A stretch of DNA of 64,000 nucleotides. Origin: a phage. The DNA lies in sequence record OZ335962.1, one strand, 5' to 3'. The translations under genes and the position numbers were made by a program. The notes beneath the pieces were generated by a model. It did no database searches. It saw nothing but the letters and a program-made list of their open reading frames with translations, and was not told where the DNA came from. Shown here in pieces: positions 44,097-54,068 of the stretch; position 1 is the first letter of the stretch; every line of letters starts with the position of its first letter.

Positions 44097-44300
44097 TTAA
44101 TTCATATTGCGTTTAATAACTTCAGCAACTTCTAGTAGTTCATCTTTAGTTGCGGTGTCGGATTGAATTTTATCTCTAATATCCTTAAAGCGGTTTTTAA
44201 ACTCTTCGGCTTCTCCCATATCGAAAAAGCGTTGAATGATTCTATATTCTCGATGAACTGCTTTATCAAAAAGTTCTAAATTTACTCTGTATGATTTCAT
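44097..44300 (-). CDS. hypothetical protein (position of T4 rIIA.1)
   Basis: 67-aa ORF. Confidence 0.45.
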   Translation of the reverse strand: MKSYRVNLELFDKAVHREYRIIQRFFDMGEAEEFKNRFKDIRDKIQSDTATKDELLEVAEVIKRNMN

Positions 44301-44325
44301 TTCAATATCCTCATTTGCCCAATTA

Positions 44326-44355
44326 ATTATACCACATCCTTGTAGTAAAGTAAAC
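44326..44355 (-). promoter_or_regulatory. early promoter upstream of rIIA.1/rIIA, inside the 3' end of gene 39
   Basis: Minus strand GTTTAC, 18 nt, TATAAT. Confidence 0.55.
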
Positions 44356-46172
44356 TATTGGCTCATCCATTCTTTACGAAGGTCAGCATTATCTCCCATG
44401 AGCATTTCAAAAAGCTCTTTCCAGTTCTCAGGAAGTTTAACAACATCATATACTGGGTTTTGAATCATCTCACGATATTCAGATTTTTCCAAAGAGCCAA
44501 GTCCCTTAATATAACGGATGCTATGTTTAGGTAGAGCATCTTTGGCACTCTCATATTCAGCGACTGTATAAAACCATTCTTGTTTTTTACCGACCTGAGC
44601 GATGATTACAGGAGTTTTGACGAAGCGAATTCTTCCTTGTTCAAACAGTTCTGGCCAATTACTAAAAAATCCGAGCAGAGAAGGATAAATGCTTCCTAGA
44701 CCATCATGGTCAGCATCGGTCATAATAGCAATATTATGATAATTCAAGTTTTCAGCCTTTTCACCAAGAACTAATCCGGTGATTGCGCAAATATCAAACA
44801 GTTCTTTATTTTTAAGCATATCAGCATAAGACATACCCCAGCTGTTAAGAACTTTACCGCGTAATGGATAACCACCATGAAGTTCTTTATCACGAACATC
44901 AATAAGATATCCGATAGCCGAATCACCCTCAGTCAAGAAAAGAGTAGTGTCAGCATCTTTACCGCAAAGATTCGCTTTAATATGTTTATGAACCTTAGCT
45001 TTAGAAGCCTTTTTAGCTGCTTTAGTTTCTGCTGCCTTTTCTGCCGCCAATTTACGAGCCAAGGCAGCTTCAATGATTGGCATTAAAATTGCTTCATTGT
45101 TTAAAATAGCGCGTGAAATCTTTTTAGCATCAAGCTGAATATGACTACGAATTTCACCAAATGGAGAAGTCAAACGCTCTTTAGTCTGAGAATCAAATCG
45201 CATGTTTTTCATATCACGAACAAACATAACGATAGTCAAACATTCTTTAACACGTGCTTTAGTTACATCAATTTTGAACTTACGTTTGATTTGTGGAATA
45301 AGGTCTTCACAAATATCATCCATAACGCAGTCAATGTGATGGCCACCATTCTTAGTATGAATGTTATTGACGTATGTTAATTGACGAAAACCATCCGGTG
45401 AACGACCAACCGCAATAGAACAATTTTCCTGTTCTTGAACGATAGCATGCTCATCATATTGGCGTGCATATTTCTTAAAATTGCCCTGAACCTTTTTACC
45501 ATTAAAGGTAAATTGAATATCAGGATAAACTACTGCAAGTGTCTGGAGACGATCTAGTGTAATGTCAAGATAAACCTGAGATAGCTCATTAGTTTCAAAT
45601 GACATAAAATCAGGAATGAAAGTAACACGAGTTCCTTTCCATTTTCCAGGAATAGTTTCCCATGATTTATTTTCCATGCCATTTGAACAACGAACTACAA
45701 TATTATTTTGACCGTCGCCAGTTTCACCGACAAACATAACAGAAAAAATGTTAGTTAAACTAGAACCAACACCGTTCATACCGCCAGTGACGCGTTCTTT
45801 ATCATCACCGAAGTTACCACCTGCTTTTGGAATAGTCCAGGCAGCAACAGGACCAGGAATTTCTTCACCAGTAGGTGTTTTAACCATCGCTTGTGGAATA
45901 CCACGACCGTTATCTTCAACTGTTACTTGATTGTTTTTGATAGTAACATTAATTTTATTTGCGAATTTAAACTTAGTACGAATACCTTCATCTACTGAGT
46001 TATCGATAATTTCATCAATAAGCTTAACAAGACCAGGTACATACTGAACACTTTCCCATTTACCAAACAGAAAGCGCTCATGCATTTCATTAGCGGAAGA
46101 GCCAATGTACATGCCGCTACGCTTTTTGATATGTTCAATATCGCTCAGAATTTTAATTTCATTCTTAATCAT
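44355..46172 (-). CDS. 39: topoisomerase II large subunit, uninterrupted (GyrB-like ATPase plus Toprim)
   Basis: 605 aa from ATG with SD GAGGA; a single ORF covering what in T4 is split into genes 39 and 60. Size matches T2/T6 gp39 as I recall. Confidence 0.9.
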   Translation of the reverse strand: MIKNEIKILSDIEHIKKRSGMYIGSSANEMHERFLFGKWESVQYVPGLVKLIDEIIDNSVDEGIRTKFKFANKINVTIKNNQVTVEDNGRGIPQAMVKTPTGEEIPGPVAAWTIPKAGGNFGDDKERVTGGMNGVGSSLTNIFSVMFVGETGDGQNNIVVRCSNGMENKSWETIPGKWKGTRVTFIPDFMSFETNELSQVYLDITLDRLQTLAVVYPDIQFTFNGKKVQGNFKKYARQYDEHAIVQEQENCSIAVGRSPDGFRQLTYVNNIHTKNGGHHIDCVMDDICEDLIPQIKRKFKIDVTKARVKECLTIVMFVRDMKNMRFDSQTKERLTSPFGEIRSHIQLDAKKISRAILNNEAILMPIIEAALARKLAAEKAAETKAAKKASKAKVHKHIKANLCGKDADTTLFLTEGDSAIGYLIDVRDKELHGGYPLRGKVLNSWGMSYADMLKNKELFDICAITGLVLGEKAENLNYHNIAIMTDADHDGLGSIYPSLLGFFSNWPELFEQGRIRFVKTPVIIAQVGKKQEWFYTVAEYESAKDALPKHSIRYIKGLGSLEKSEYREMIQNPVYDVVKLPENWKELFEMLMGDNADLRKEWMSQ

Positions 46173-46241
46173 CACTTATCCTCGTTTGGTTTCGGGAATA
46201 TTATACTCCGGTAATCATAAAGCTAAAGGCCCGAAGGCCTT

Positions 46242-46511
46242 TTATTTAAAACGGATAGTCGAATCCTTGAAGAATAGACCAGAACACACGGTTCCTTCTA
46301 CTTTCTGCCCAGTAGGTCCAATAGCACGAAATCCAGTATGTTGGAAGTCATTTTCAGAGCAACCGAACCAGTTGTATCCAGTGATTTCAATATTAGTAAA
46401 ACCGCTTGAAGACAAAACTTTGGTTGCATTATCAGCATCAGTACATCCTGCTAAAGACACTGCTAATACTAATGCTGCGATAGAACGATTAATATATTTC
46501 ATAGTTTTCAC
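46242..46511 (-). CDS. predicted lipoprotein
   Basis: Signal peptide with lipobox LAGC. The start may be the GTG at 46511 or the ATG at 46502. Confidence 0.5.
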   Translation of the reverse strand: MKTMKYINRSIAALVLAVSLAGCTDADNATKVLSSSGFTNIEITGYNWFGCSENDFQHTGFRAIGPTGQKVEGTVCSGLFFKDSTIRFK

Positions 46512-46879
46512 TTAAATTTAATGGCTTGAAGGAGACTAATAATTCTCAAGCGACTTCTTTCATCTTTAACTGTAAATGAAAGAGGGTCACCAGATTTCAT
46601 AGTGATAGTGCATTCAAAATCAAAACCTTCGGGGACTTCTTCGAATAGGTCAAATTCTTCATCATATATTAGAACATTACTCTGAAAACTGTGAAGAATT
46701 TTTCCATCATTTCCAGATGCTGTACTAATCATTGTAACATTATTACCTTTCATATCTTCAACGATAAATTCGCTTGTAGATATTACGGCATTAATAGAAC
46801 CATTCCTATAAATAGCAGAAAATAGATATTTCTTTTCTTCACCTTCGCGAATGCGATATTTCTTACCGATTTTAAACAT
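46508..46879 (-). CDS. hypothetical early protein
   Basis: 123-aa ORF. Confidence 0.45.
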   Translation of the reverse strand: MFKIGKKYRIREGEEKKYLFSAIYRNGSINAVISTSEFIVEDMKGNNVTMISTASGNDGKILHSFQSNVLIYDEEFDLFEEVPEGFDFECTITMKSGDPLSFTVKDERSRLRIISLLQAIKFK

Positions 46880-46881
46880 AA

Positions 46882-47058
46882 TTACCCTTTAAGTAAGTCG
46901 TAAAAACCACCATTCACATACTTAGGAGCGGAAACTAACCGAATAGCAATCCGATGACAATCAGGACATACATCAGTATCCCTTTCAGAAATTTTCTTGA
47001 TTTTTTCGTATTCTTTTGCACAGTCTTTGGATTGACATTTATAATCATAAAGCGGCAT
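46882..47058 (-). CDS. small zinc-ribbon protein (58 aa)
   Basis: MPLYDYKCQSKDCAKEYEKIKKISERDTDVCPDCHRIAIRL... with CxxC-17-CxxC; SD AAGGA. Below the ORF-track size cutoff. Confidence 0.5.
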   Translation of the reverse strand: MPLYDYKCQSKDCAKEYEKIKKISERDTDVCPDCHRIAIRLVSAPKYVNGGFYDLLKG

Positions 47059-47060
47059 AA

Positions 47061-47474
47061 TTATTCCTTAAAGTGAGCTTTCAACATCTGATACAAAGAC
47101 CATGCCTGTTCATTATTTTCAATAGTAACGTTCATGATCGGGAATTTAGATGGATCAGTTATTGTTGCAGATTCTTCCTGCTCTTCAGCTGCCTGGTATG
47201 GATTTTCAACTTCATTAAAGAATTCAGCTTCATTCGATGAAAGCCAAATAAAATCTTCATCCAAAATATCTTTACCAGAAGATAGTACTAAATTTCCAGC
47301 AAATGACATAATTTTAATAGGACGCCCAAGAGCATCCACATCTAAAATTTTAAAAGGATGCATACCTAAACGGCGTGCATAGATTCCGTTATCAGTATGG
47401 TCTTTAATAAAATTTTCTTGAGCTTGTTTATTTTTAAATTGATACCATTTATTAACTTCAAATTTAATAGCCAT
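47061..47474 (-). CDS. hypothetical early protein
   Basis: 137-aa ORF. Confidence 0.45.
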   Translation of the reverse strand: MAIKFEVNKWYQFKNKQAQENFIKDHTDNGIYARRLGMHPFKILDVDALGRPIKIMSFAGNLVLSSGKDILDEDFIWLSSNEAEFFNEVENPYQAAEEQEESATITDPSKFPIMNVTIENNEQAWSLYQMLKAHFKE

Positions 47475-47689
47475 TAATAAATTTCCTTCCAGTAAGTTGT
47501 ACCGTCTTCAGTGATTTCACGAAATACACCGTAAATTGGTTGTTTATCCCCAACCTTTTCATACACATAAACCGAAGTCAAGTGAGTAAACTTAGCAGTG
47601 TGTTCCTTTTGAACTACTACCAAATCTGGATCGAATAACACATCTTCAAATTCGTCATTAGTGCAGTTCTGAACAATTTTACGTTTCAT
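47474..47689 (-). CDS. hypothetical early protein
   Basis: 71-aa ORF. Confidence 0.4.
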   Translation of the reverse strand: MKRKIVQNCTNDEFEDVLFDPDLVVVQKEHTAKFTHLTSVYVYEKVGDKQPIYGVFREITEDGTTYWKEIY

Positions 47690-47788
47690 TACAATTTCCT
47701 CGTTAATTGAACATTGGAGCGATGCGTTTCAGAAGAGTAGCAGCACCTTTGGCAAATTTTCCATTTTATTCTCCAAGTTATTTTCTGT

Positions 47789-47831
47789 ATCAGTAGTTGA
47801 TATTGATATAGTACCATAATCAACTACTGAT
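47789..47831. repeat. 13-bp perfect inverted repeat with 17-bp spacer
   Basis: ATCAGTAGTTGAT, 17 nt, ATCAACTACTGAT in the 170-bp intergenic region. Confidence 0.8.
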
Positions 47832-47860
47832 GTATATAGTTTTATGAAAAAATTTAAACT

Positions 47861-48358
47861 TTATGCATAGCGAGCTTTGCTATAGTGTTTAATCCAACTT
47901 TCAGGAATGACTTTGTATGTTCCTAAAAATACCGCGTTGTACAACTTAACGCCATCTTCTACCCATTGATCGGTAATGTATGCACACATAGCGCAAGTAC
48001 GATGTTTTTGAACAACCCCTTCTTCGTCTTCAATAAATTCGAATTCATAAGGAGCAACGAACTTAATAGCTCGACCGAGTTTCCACTTAAAGTCTACACC
48101 TACATGCGAAGTATCAATCGTTTCAATTCCTTTAGCAGGAACAGCTTTTAAAAACGCAGATTCAAGAAATTTCGCACGAACATAGCCAAACTGAGGTTTA
48201 GACTTTCCATCTTTAGGAATGATACGCACTTTTACTTCAGAATCTTCATCTTTAACGCCGTGTTTAAGCTGAATGCTTACAATTTCGACCAATTTTCCTG
48301 CTGCTTTAGAACGGGATTTATCAGATACACGAGCAATTTCACCAATATTAATAATCAT
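47861..48358 (-). CDS. hypothetical protein, paralog A (T4 motB region)
   Basis: 165 aa; shares a C-terminal TDQW-x-EDGV-x-L-x-N-x-V motif with the next gene. Confidence 0.5.
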   Translation of the reverse strand: MIINIGEIARVSDKSRSKAAGKLVEIVSIQLKHGVKDEDSEVKVRIIPKDGKSKPQFGYVRAKFLESAFLKAVPAKGIETIDTSHVGVDFKWKLGRAIKFVAPYEFEFIEDEEGVVQKHRTCAMCAYITDQWVEDGVKLYNAVFLGTYKVIPESWIKHYSKARYA

Positions 48359-48401
48359 AGTTATCTCTCACTTGTTAAAAAGATTTTATACTCCACAGGA
48401 C

Positions 48402-48433
48402 CATTATACTCTGGTCCCCAAGAGTTTGTAAAC
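48402..48433 (-). promoter_or_regulatory. early promoter
   Basis: Minus strand GTTTAC followed by GTATAAT. Confidence 0.5.
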
Positions 48434-48435
48434 TA

Positions 48436-48978
48436 TTAATTCAAAATAGCTACCACTGCACTACGAGGTACTACGCTAAAATCACCTGCATGAACAACGT
48501 TCAGAAGTTCAACACCATCTTCAATCCATTGGTCTGTTACCCAACCACAGACCGAAATAAATGGGGTCTTAATAGCTACTGCACGAGTCAAAAGGTCAGT
48601 AGGATCGCATTCTTGGAAGAGGATAAGCTCTGCTTCAAAGACTATAGTTTTAATTACTTCATCATTATCTAAGCGTTGTGCTCGAATCACGTAAGCTTTA
48701 TTCTTATCATGCCAATTACTTTTTGAAAAACTTTTAACAACAAACTCGCCTTCACCAAAAACACTAGTCAATGCTTTATAACCCAAACTTAGTTCAGTAG
48801 TTTTAATTTCAGTTTCAACCAGTTTGTAGGTTTTGCCAATTTCGATGGTCCGAGCAGTCATAAAGGTTTCCTTAATTTCTAATGGTTTAACAAGAGTGCC
48901 ATGCATGCTTGCTATATCTATATCAAATATTTTATCTATAGGATTTGGGGTGTATTCAGGATTATAATTAAATTTCAT
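48436..48978 (-). CDS. hypothetical protein, paralog B
   Basis: 180 aa with the same C-terminal motif as paralog A. Confidence 0.5.
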   Translation of the reverse strand: MKFNYNPEYTPNPIDKIFDIDIASMHGTLVKPLEIKETFMTARTIEIGKTYKLVETEIKTTELSLGYKALTSVFGEGEFVVKSFSKSNWHDKNKAYVIRAQRLDNDEVIKTIVFEAELILFQECDPTDLLTRAVAIKTPFISVCGWVTDQWIEDGVELLNVVHAGDFSVVPRSAVVAILN

Positions 48979-48980
48979 AA

Positions 48981-49493
48981 TTATCTCATTTCAATAAAAT
49001 CTATAAGTTCAGCATGGGATTTACGGAACATTACTTGGTGTCCGCCAATGATAACTTCATCTTCAGGAACTTCATAAATCGCAATGTACATTCCACGATC
49101 TTTTAAGTCTTCACGCTCTTCTCGGGTGAACCATCTCATCATATCATATTCACTAGCGAAAGCAAAATGATATAATGAAATAAGCCACAATGGAATATAA
49201 TTTTCAAATTGCGAATAATCTTTATTCCATTTAGTTTTAATAGCATCATTAGCATTTTCAACTAATAACTTATCATCGTGCGGAATAGGAATACTTTCAT
49301 GGCTTTCATAATCATTGCTATGATGATGAAATGACGATGAATTAATACCGCAAAATTTTAGCCAAGTTCGAGTTTTCATAGAATCAAATCCACGATAAGG
49401 AGTTGATTGAACGCATAACTCTTGCCTAATTTTCACTATACCACTATCATCGTTTAATGCGCTAAACGATGATTCAACACGATAAATTTTCAT
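48981..49493 (-). CDS. hypothetical early protein (170 aa)
   Basis: From MKIYRV with SD GAGGA, downstream of an early promoter at about 49519..49551. Confidence 0.5.
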   Translation of the reverse strand: MKIYRVESSFSALNDDSGIVKIRQELCVQSTPYRGFDSMKTRTWLKFCGINSSSFHHHSNDYESHESIPIPHDDKLLVENANDAIKTKWNKDYSQFENYIPLWLISLYHFAFASEYDMMRWFTREEREDLKDRGMYIAIYEVPEDEVIIGGHQVMFRKSHAELIDFIEMR

Positions 49494-49556
49494 TTTATTA
49501 TCCTCAGTAGCTATGGTGTTATAATACCACAACTAACCGAGGAAGTAAACAACTTT

Positions 49557-50240
49557 TTATCGTTTTGTTGGAAGAGACAGAGGATCGCACTCTTCCTCTG
49601 ACGGAGCATCTTCAAGACCCATAGCATACCGCAAAGCATACTTCATCATCAGGATGTCTTTCGCACAGTCATGAATAGAATCATGTGCAACGAATCCATC
49701 TAAAGTTCCCTTTGGAAGAGGACATGTAGTCATATCACGAACAAGCAGAAGTGCTTCAATTCTGGTACGAATATCACGCTGATTCCAGAATTTACAAGGT
49801 TCTAACTTAAATGTGTCAAGTTCATTCTCAGAAACGCCGTTAAGACGTTGAATATCACGAATGAGATCGACTAAAATTGGAAAATCAAACGACATTCCAC
49901 GGCACCAGCCTTGAGATTTCCAAGGATCGATGTTATGTGCATTGATATAATCATTAAATTTTACAATACCATCGATGGTGCTTACATCTTCATCTGATGG
50001 TGCAATATTTTTTCGAGCTTCAGGAGACTGATTTTTCCACCATTCGATAGTGCTTTTAGTAAAAAGACGATGTCCTTTTTGACTTTTTAAATCAAACTTG
50101 ATTTTAATGCCGCGTGAAACTAATTCATCAAATGTTTCAACTACTTCTGGATTAGGATCAAAGGCAATAACAGCTAAGTCAATAACAGCTGCTTTTTCAC
50201 CGCTTCCCATTGTTTCAAAATCTATAATAAAATCAAACAT
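49557..50240 (-). CDS. dexA: exonuclease A (DnaQ-like 3'-5' exonuclease)
   Basis: 227 aa, same length as T4 DexA; N-terminal DFET exonuclease motif (FIIDFETMG). Confidence 0.85.
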   Translation of the reverse strand: MFDFIIDFETMGSGEKAAVIDLAVIAFDPNPEVVETFDELVSRGIKIKFDLKSQKGHRLFTKSTIEWWKNQSPEARKNIAPSDEDVSTIDGIVKFNDYINAHNIDPWKSQGWCRGMSFDFPILVDLIRDIQRLNGVSENELDTFKLEPCKFWNQRDIRTRIEALLLVRDMTTCPLPKGTLDGFVAHDSIHDCAKDILMMKYALRYAMGLEDAPSEEECDPLSLPTKR

Positions 50241-50515
50241 TAAATTTTCCTCGCTAAATCGCGAATTTGACCTACAGTATAATCTTGGATATAAACTTTA
50301 TTAATGGGCTCATCAATAAATTTTGCCATAGATTCAATATCTTTTTGTATCTCTTCAAGACTGTATACTATCTTTGAAGCTTTTTCGCGAATAGTAACAT
50401 TATCAGGTCCTGGATTTTCTTGAATGACAGCTTTAACGTTTGCCATAAGAGATTTAAATTGGTACCAACTTAATTCAATCATTAATAACCGCCTTATAAA
50501 GATGGCTAATTTCAC
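50240..50515 (-). CDS. hypothetical early protein
   Basis: 91-aa ORF. Confidence 0.4.
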   Translation of the reverse strand: MKLAIFIRRLLMIELSWYQFKSLMANVKAVIQENPGPDNVTIREKASKIVYSLEEIQKDIESMAKFIDEPINKVYIQDYTVGQIRDLARKI

Positions 50516-50735
50516 CTAAAACATAATCACTGATTGTAACAGTTTTCACTTCACCGCAAAAGAATTCTAATGCAATCAAATCTCGTTCAATTTCTTTCAA
50601 TTGAAGCATTAACTTGCCTGATTCAATTTTCACGTTTTTGCGATTTTTACTATAAGCTATTTCATAAATTTCGCTCACTTTATCTTGAAGCAGATAAAAC
50701 TGGTCTTTAGTTATTTCCACGAATAGCTTCCTCAA
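50475..50735 (-). CDS. hypothetical early protein
   Basis: 86-aa ORF. Confidence 0.4.
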   Translation of the reverse strand: MRKLFVEITKDQFYLLQDKVSEIYEIAYSKNRKNVKIESGKLMLQLKEIERDLIALEFFCGEVKTVTISDYVLGEISHLYKAVIND

Positions 50736-50967
50736 ATTTAATTAGTAATTTACAGACACTTTCATCTAATGTAATTACCGTGTCTGTATTACTATGATAT
50801 GATTGTTTTTCAATTCGTTTAATTGCTAGTATAGTATCACTTATAAGATTAAGTTTATAAAGGAGCTCAGCTCCTGTTACCATAACACTGAGGTTATCTT
50901 GCCTATCAGTATGCTTCTTTATACCATCTATTAGACGATTTAAATATTTTGAATTGATGTTAATCAT
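50707..50967 (-). CDS. hypothetical early protein
   Basis: 86-aa ORF. Confidence 0.4.
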   Translation of the reverse strand: MININSKYLNRLIDGIKKHTDRQDNLSVMVTGAELLYKLNLISDTILAIKRIEKQSYHSNTDTVITLDESVCKLLIKFEEAIRGNN

Positions 50968-50973
50968 ATATCC

Positions 50974-52293
50974 TCACACATAAAACACATCATAACGACC
51001 ACGAGTGACACCAACATAAAGAAGCTGCTGAGCTAGTTCAGCATCTGCATAATGAATACAAGGCGTATAGATGAAAGCACGGTCTACAGACATACCCTGC
51101 GCTTTATGGAACGTTGATGCAGGAAGTGCTTTCACTTTACTAAACTGTGATTTAGCATCCCAAAAATCACTCCACGGAGCTTTTCCACCTTTATTCCAAT
51201 TTTTATAAGTTTCTGCCGTTTTACCTAAAAATAAGTTAAACTTATACAGCTCTTCATCAGATGAAATTATTTTAATCTTTTCACGATAATATTCATCATC
51301 GCCGTAAGTTTCTACTGTTAAATCCCAATGACGAATTAGATATTCTCCAGAAACACCGCGAGCTTTAACAAACGTTGATGTATACTCTGCTTCTATAATA
51401 CGAACTAATTGTCCGTTATTAAAAATAATTTCTGACACAGGCTTTCCATCAATTTTATATGTTTTAATTAATGGTTCCTGCATTACAATAATTTCGCCAA
51501 CGATAAAATCTTTATCAGTTTCAAAAATCTTTTTGCGAATAATGTTATTTAACTTATCAACAGATTTATTCGTAAATGCCATGACGCGATTTTCAAACAA
51601 ATCATCTAGTGATTTTACGATTGAAAAATAATTTACCATAAAATCGCGTAAAGCGGCATCACCGGTAAATCCACGTACTCCATGCCCGTCAACAACTTTA
51701 TCATAAATCCACTTACCGTTGCGAACATCAGTAGCTACATCAATAATAGGAGCATTACTGCGTTTAACTTCAGTGAGTTCACACTGATAAAAATCTTTAT
51801 GTGTAAAGAACGGACTAATATAAGCAGTGTTTTCTCCTGGGTCAACGGGTCTAATTTGCTTATTATCACCTATTCCAATTATAGTACACCACGGCGGGAT
51901 AGTTGAAAGCAGAATTTTAAATAGCTTTCTATCATACATTGATACTTCATCGCAGATTAATACTCTGCATTTAGCCAAATCCGGTACTTCTTTTTGTTCA
52001 AAAAGAACGTTTTCTTCGTATGTTACCGGGTTAATTTTAAGAATACTGTGAATAGTACTTGCTTCTTTCCCTGACAGTTTTGAAAGAATCTTTTTAGCTG
52101 CGTGAGTAGGAGCTGCTAAAATAATGCCAGTTTCGCCCGTAGATATTAAGGCTTCAATAATGAACTTAGTAAGAGTAGTCTTACCAGTACCAGCAGGTCC
52201 ATTAATAGTTACATGATGTTTCTTTTCTTTAATAGCCCTCATAACGATGTTAAAGGCATTTTTCTGACCTTCGGTCAAATCATCAAATGTCAT
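50974..52293 (-). CDS. dda: Dda DNA helicase (SF1B)
   Basis: 439 aa, same length as T4 Dda; Walker A GPAGTGKTT. Confidence 0.95.
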   Translation of the reverse strand: MTFDDLTEGQKNAFNIVMRAIKEKKHHVTINGPAGTGKTTLTKFIIEALISTGETGIILAAPTHAAKKILSKLSGKEASTIHSILKINPVTYEENVLFEQKEVPDLAKCRVLICDEVSMYDRKLFKILLSTIPPWCTIIGIGDNKQIRPVDPGENTAYISPFFTHKDFYQCELTEVKRSNAPIIDVATDVRNGKWIYDKVVDGHGVRGFTGDAALRDFMVNYFSIVKSLDDLFENRVMAFTNKSVDKLNNIIRKKIFETDKDFIVGEIIVMQEPLIKTYKIDGKPVSEIIFNNGQLVRIIEAEYTSTFVKARGVSGEYLIRHWDLTVETYGDDEYYREKIKIISSDEELYKFNLFLGKTAETYKNWNKGGKAPWSDFWDAKSQFSKVKALPASTFHKAQGMSVDRAFIYTPCIHYADAELAQQLLYVGVTRGRYDVFYV

Positions 52294-52601
52294 CGTAAAT
52301 TCCCTGCAATTGGTATACTAACAATACGCCCAGTATCTAAAATTCGCCGATATAATCTTTGTGTGTCTACATCAGGCTTAACGCGTTTAACTTCTATTTT
52401 ATTAAACCAAAACTTGCGTGGAGTCTCAACTAATCTCGGAATTCCCATACCTAAAGCTAGTCGATACTGCTCTTTAAGAGTTGTAAAAACTTTATCAGCA
52501 ATCTCCCTTTCAAAAAATACAGCAGGACGATGTTCATCAAGAGGAACAGGCACTGCAAATCCATCTTTATCTCTATACACTATCGCATATACATAAAACA
52601 T
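52290..52601 (-). CDS. hypothetical protein (position of T4 dda.1)
   Basis: 103-aa ORF overlapping the dda start. Confidence 0.5.
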   Translation of the reverse strand: MFYVYAIVYRDKDGFAVPVPLDEHRPAVFFEREIADKVFTTLKEQYRLALGMGIPRLVETPRKFWFNKIEVKRVKPDVDTQRLYRRILDTGRIVSIPIAGNLR

Positions 52602-52602
52602 A

Positions 52603-53349
52603 TTATCCTCGGATAAGTTTAAAAATTGAACAATTTAGCGGGTATCCTCTTTTCAGTTTAAGTTTATCAATAAAAGACAAGTTTTGATACCGCTCTACAC
52701 CTTGAATAATTTTATCACACATATCATATTGCATTTCTGCTTCTGACAACTTTTTCACAGTTTTCCAATCAGAGCCTTTAAGAAGAACGTTCAATTTAAC
52801 AACTTCAGTGCCTTCTGCTATACGAGAACCATCAATACGAGCTTTGAGTGCTACAATCGTTAGCTTAATATCAGAGGTTTGTTTTGATTTAGAAAGCTGA
52901 GAAATGTGTTCAATTCGGTTTTCACGTTTTTTCTGTATAGCTTTAATTTGATTATAAGTCTTTTTGATTTTAGCCCATTTCTTTTCATCTAAATTTAGTT
53001 TATGAACTTTTTTCGCAGATGAACGACCAATTCGTAAAGCAAATAAATCACGCTTTTCAATCAACTCTTCTAAAGTATAATCAGAACGAAATGTATTGTA
53101 CTTTTTCTTTACTGCAATAACATTCCCTTTAATGTATCCAACGTTATTATCAAAACGTTCTAATGATAATTTCTCTCCTTCAATACGATTATCAAAAGGT
53201 TCTCCTGAGTAAGCGCAAACTTTCTGATCTAAAATGTTCTTAATGTAATTGAAGTCTAAGTTAAAATCTTTAGAACGTCTTTTAGCAGATGCCTGAGTGT
53301 GCTCTAGACGACGTGTAATTTTACGAATTTGATTTTTAGACAGTTTCAT
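52603..53349 (-). CDS. srd: probable Srd
   Basis: 248-aa basic protein at the T4 srd position between dda.1 and modA. Assigned by position and size. Confidence 0.55.
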   Translation of the reverse strand: MKLSKNQIRKITRRLEHTQASAKRRSKDFNLDFNYIKNILDQKVCAYSGEPFDNRIEGEKLSLERFDNNVGYIKGNVIAVKKKYNTFRSDYTLEELIEKRDLFALRIGRSSAKKVHKLNLDEKKWAKIKKTYNQIKAIQKKRENRIEHISQLSKSKQTSDIKLTIVALKARIDGSRIAEGTEVVKLNVLLKGSDWKTVKKLSEAEMQYDMCDKIIQGVERYQNLSFIDKLKLKRGYPLNCSIFKLIRG

Positions 53350-53377
53350 ATTTTTCTCACGGACGGGTTAACTACTT

Positions 53378-53409
53378 ATACTATAACATTTTTACTTCAG
53401 CTTGTAAAC
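53378..53409 (-). promoter_or_regulatory. early promoter for srd
   Basis: Minus strand GTTTAC, 18 nt, TATAGT. Confidence 0.5.
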
Positions 53410-53465
53410 AACTTTATGAAAAATGCTTTAAAACTTTCATGGTATAATGAATCTAAGTCCTTCCA

Positions 53466-54068
53466 TTATAGATTAAATCCTTCAAAATCAAGAGTATAGA
53501 TAGTGTATGTTGAATACTTTTTATACTCGTATCTATCCGCAATTCTAAATACACTTCCAGCTGGTATCATTACTTCTTGTTCATCTGAAACTAATTCCAT
53601 ATTACGATAACGATGGCTATCCGGAAATTTAAAACTCGGACTATATTCTTTACAACGTAGAGCTTTTATAGCATACTCCTGGAAATTAAACACCATAGGA
53701 GCTTTGAATTCAAAAATAACTTGTGTGTTATATTCTAATCCAGAAGCAAAATGTAGAGCTATATTTTTATCATATGAAGCTGATACTACTTTATCAAATG
53801 TAATAATATCAATTCCTTGATTTAACACCTGCTTAGTCTCAACTGGAACACCTCTCCAAAGAGGTTTATCGTTTGGAACCAAACGAGATTTGATTATTTC
53901 ATTTAACCAAGAATGATCGTCTGGTTTATTAGTAATACAATGAATTAAAAGTTCAATTTCAGATAAATTAAATCCTTCGGAAAGTAATTCTTCACGAATA
54001 GAAGCACGCACGGATGCATCCATTGATTTGATTTTAAAATCTTTTAATTGCATTGCTGAATATTTCAT
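53466..54068 (-). CDS. modA: ADP-ribosyltransferase ModA
   Basis: 200 aa with the R / S-x-S / E-Q-E triad (LWRGV, SASYD, EQEVMIP). Confidence 0.75.
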   Translation of the reverse strand: MKYSAMQLKDFKIKSMDASVRASIREELLSEGFNLSEIELLIHCITNKPDDHSWLNEIIKSRLVPNDKPLWRGVPVETKQVLNQGIDIITFDKVVSASYDKNIALHFASGLEYNTQVIFEFKAPMVFNFQEYAIKALRCKEYSPSFKFPDSHRYRNMELVSDEQEVMIPAGSVFRIADRYEYKKYSTYTIYTLDFEGFNL

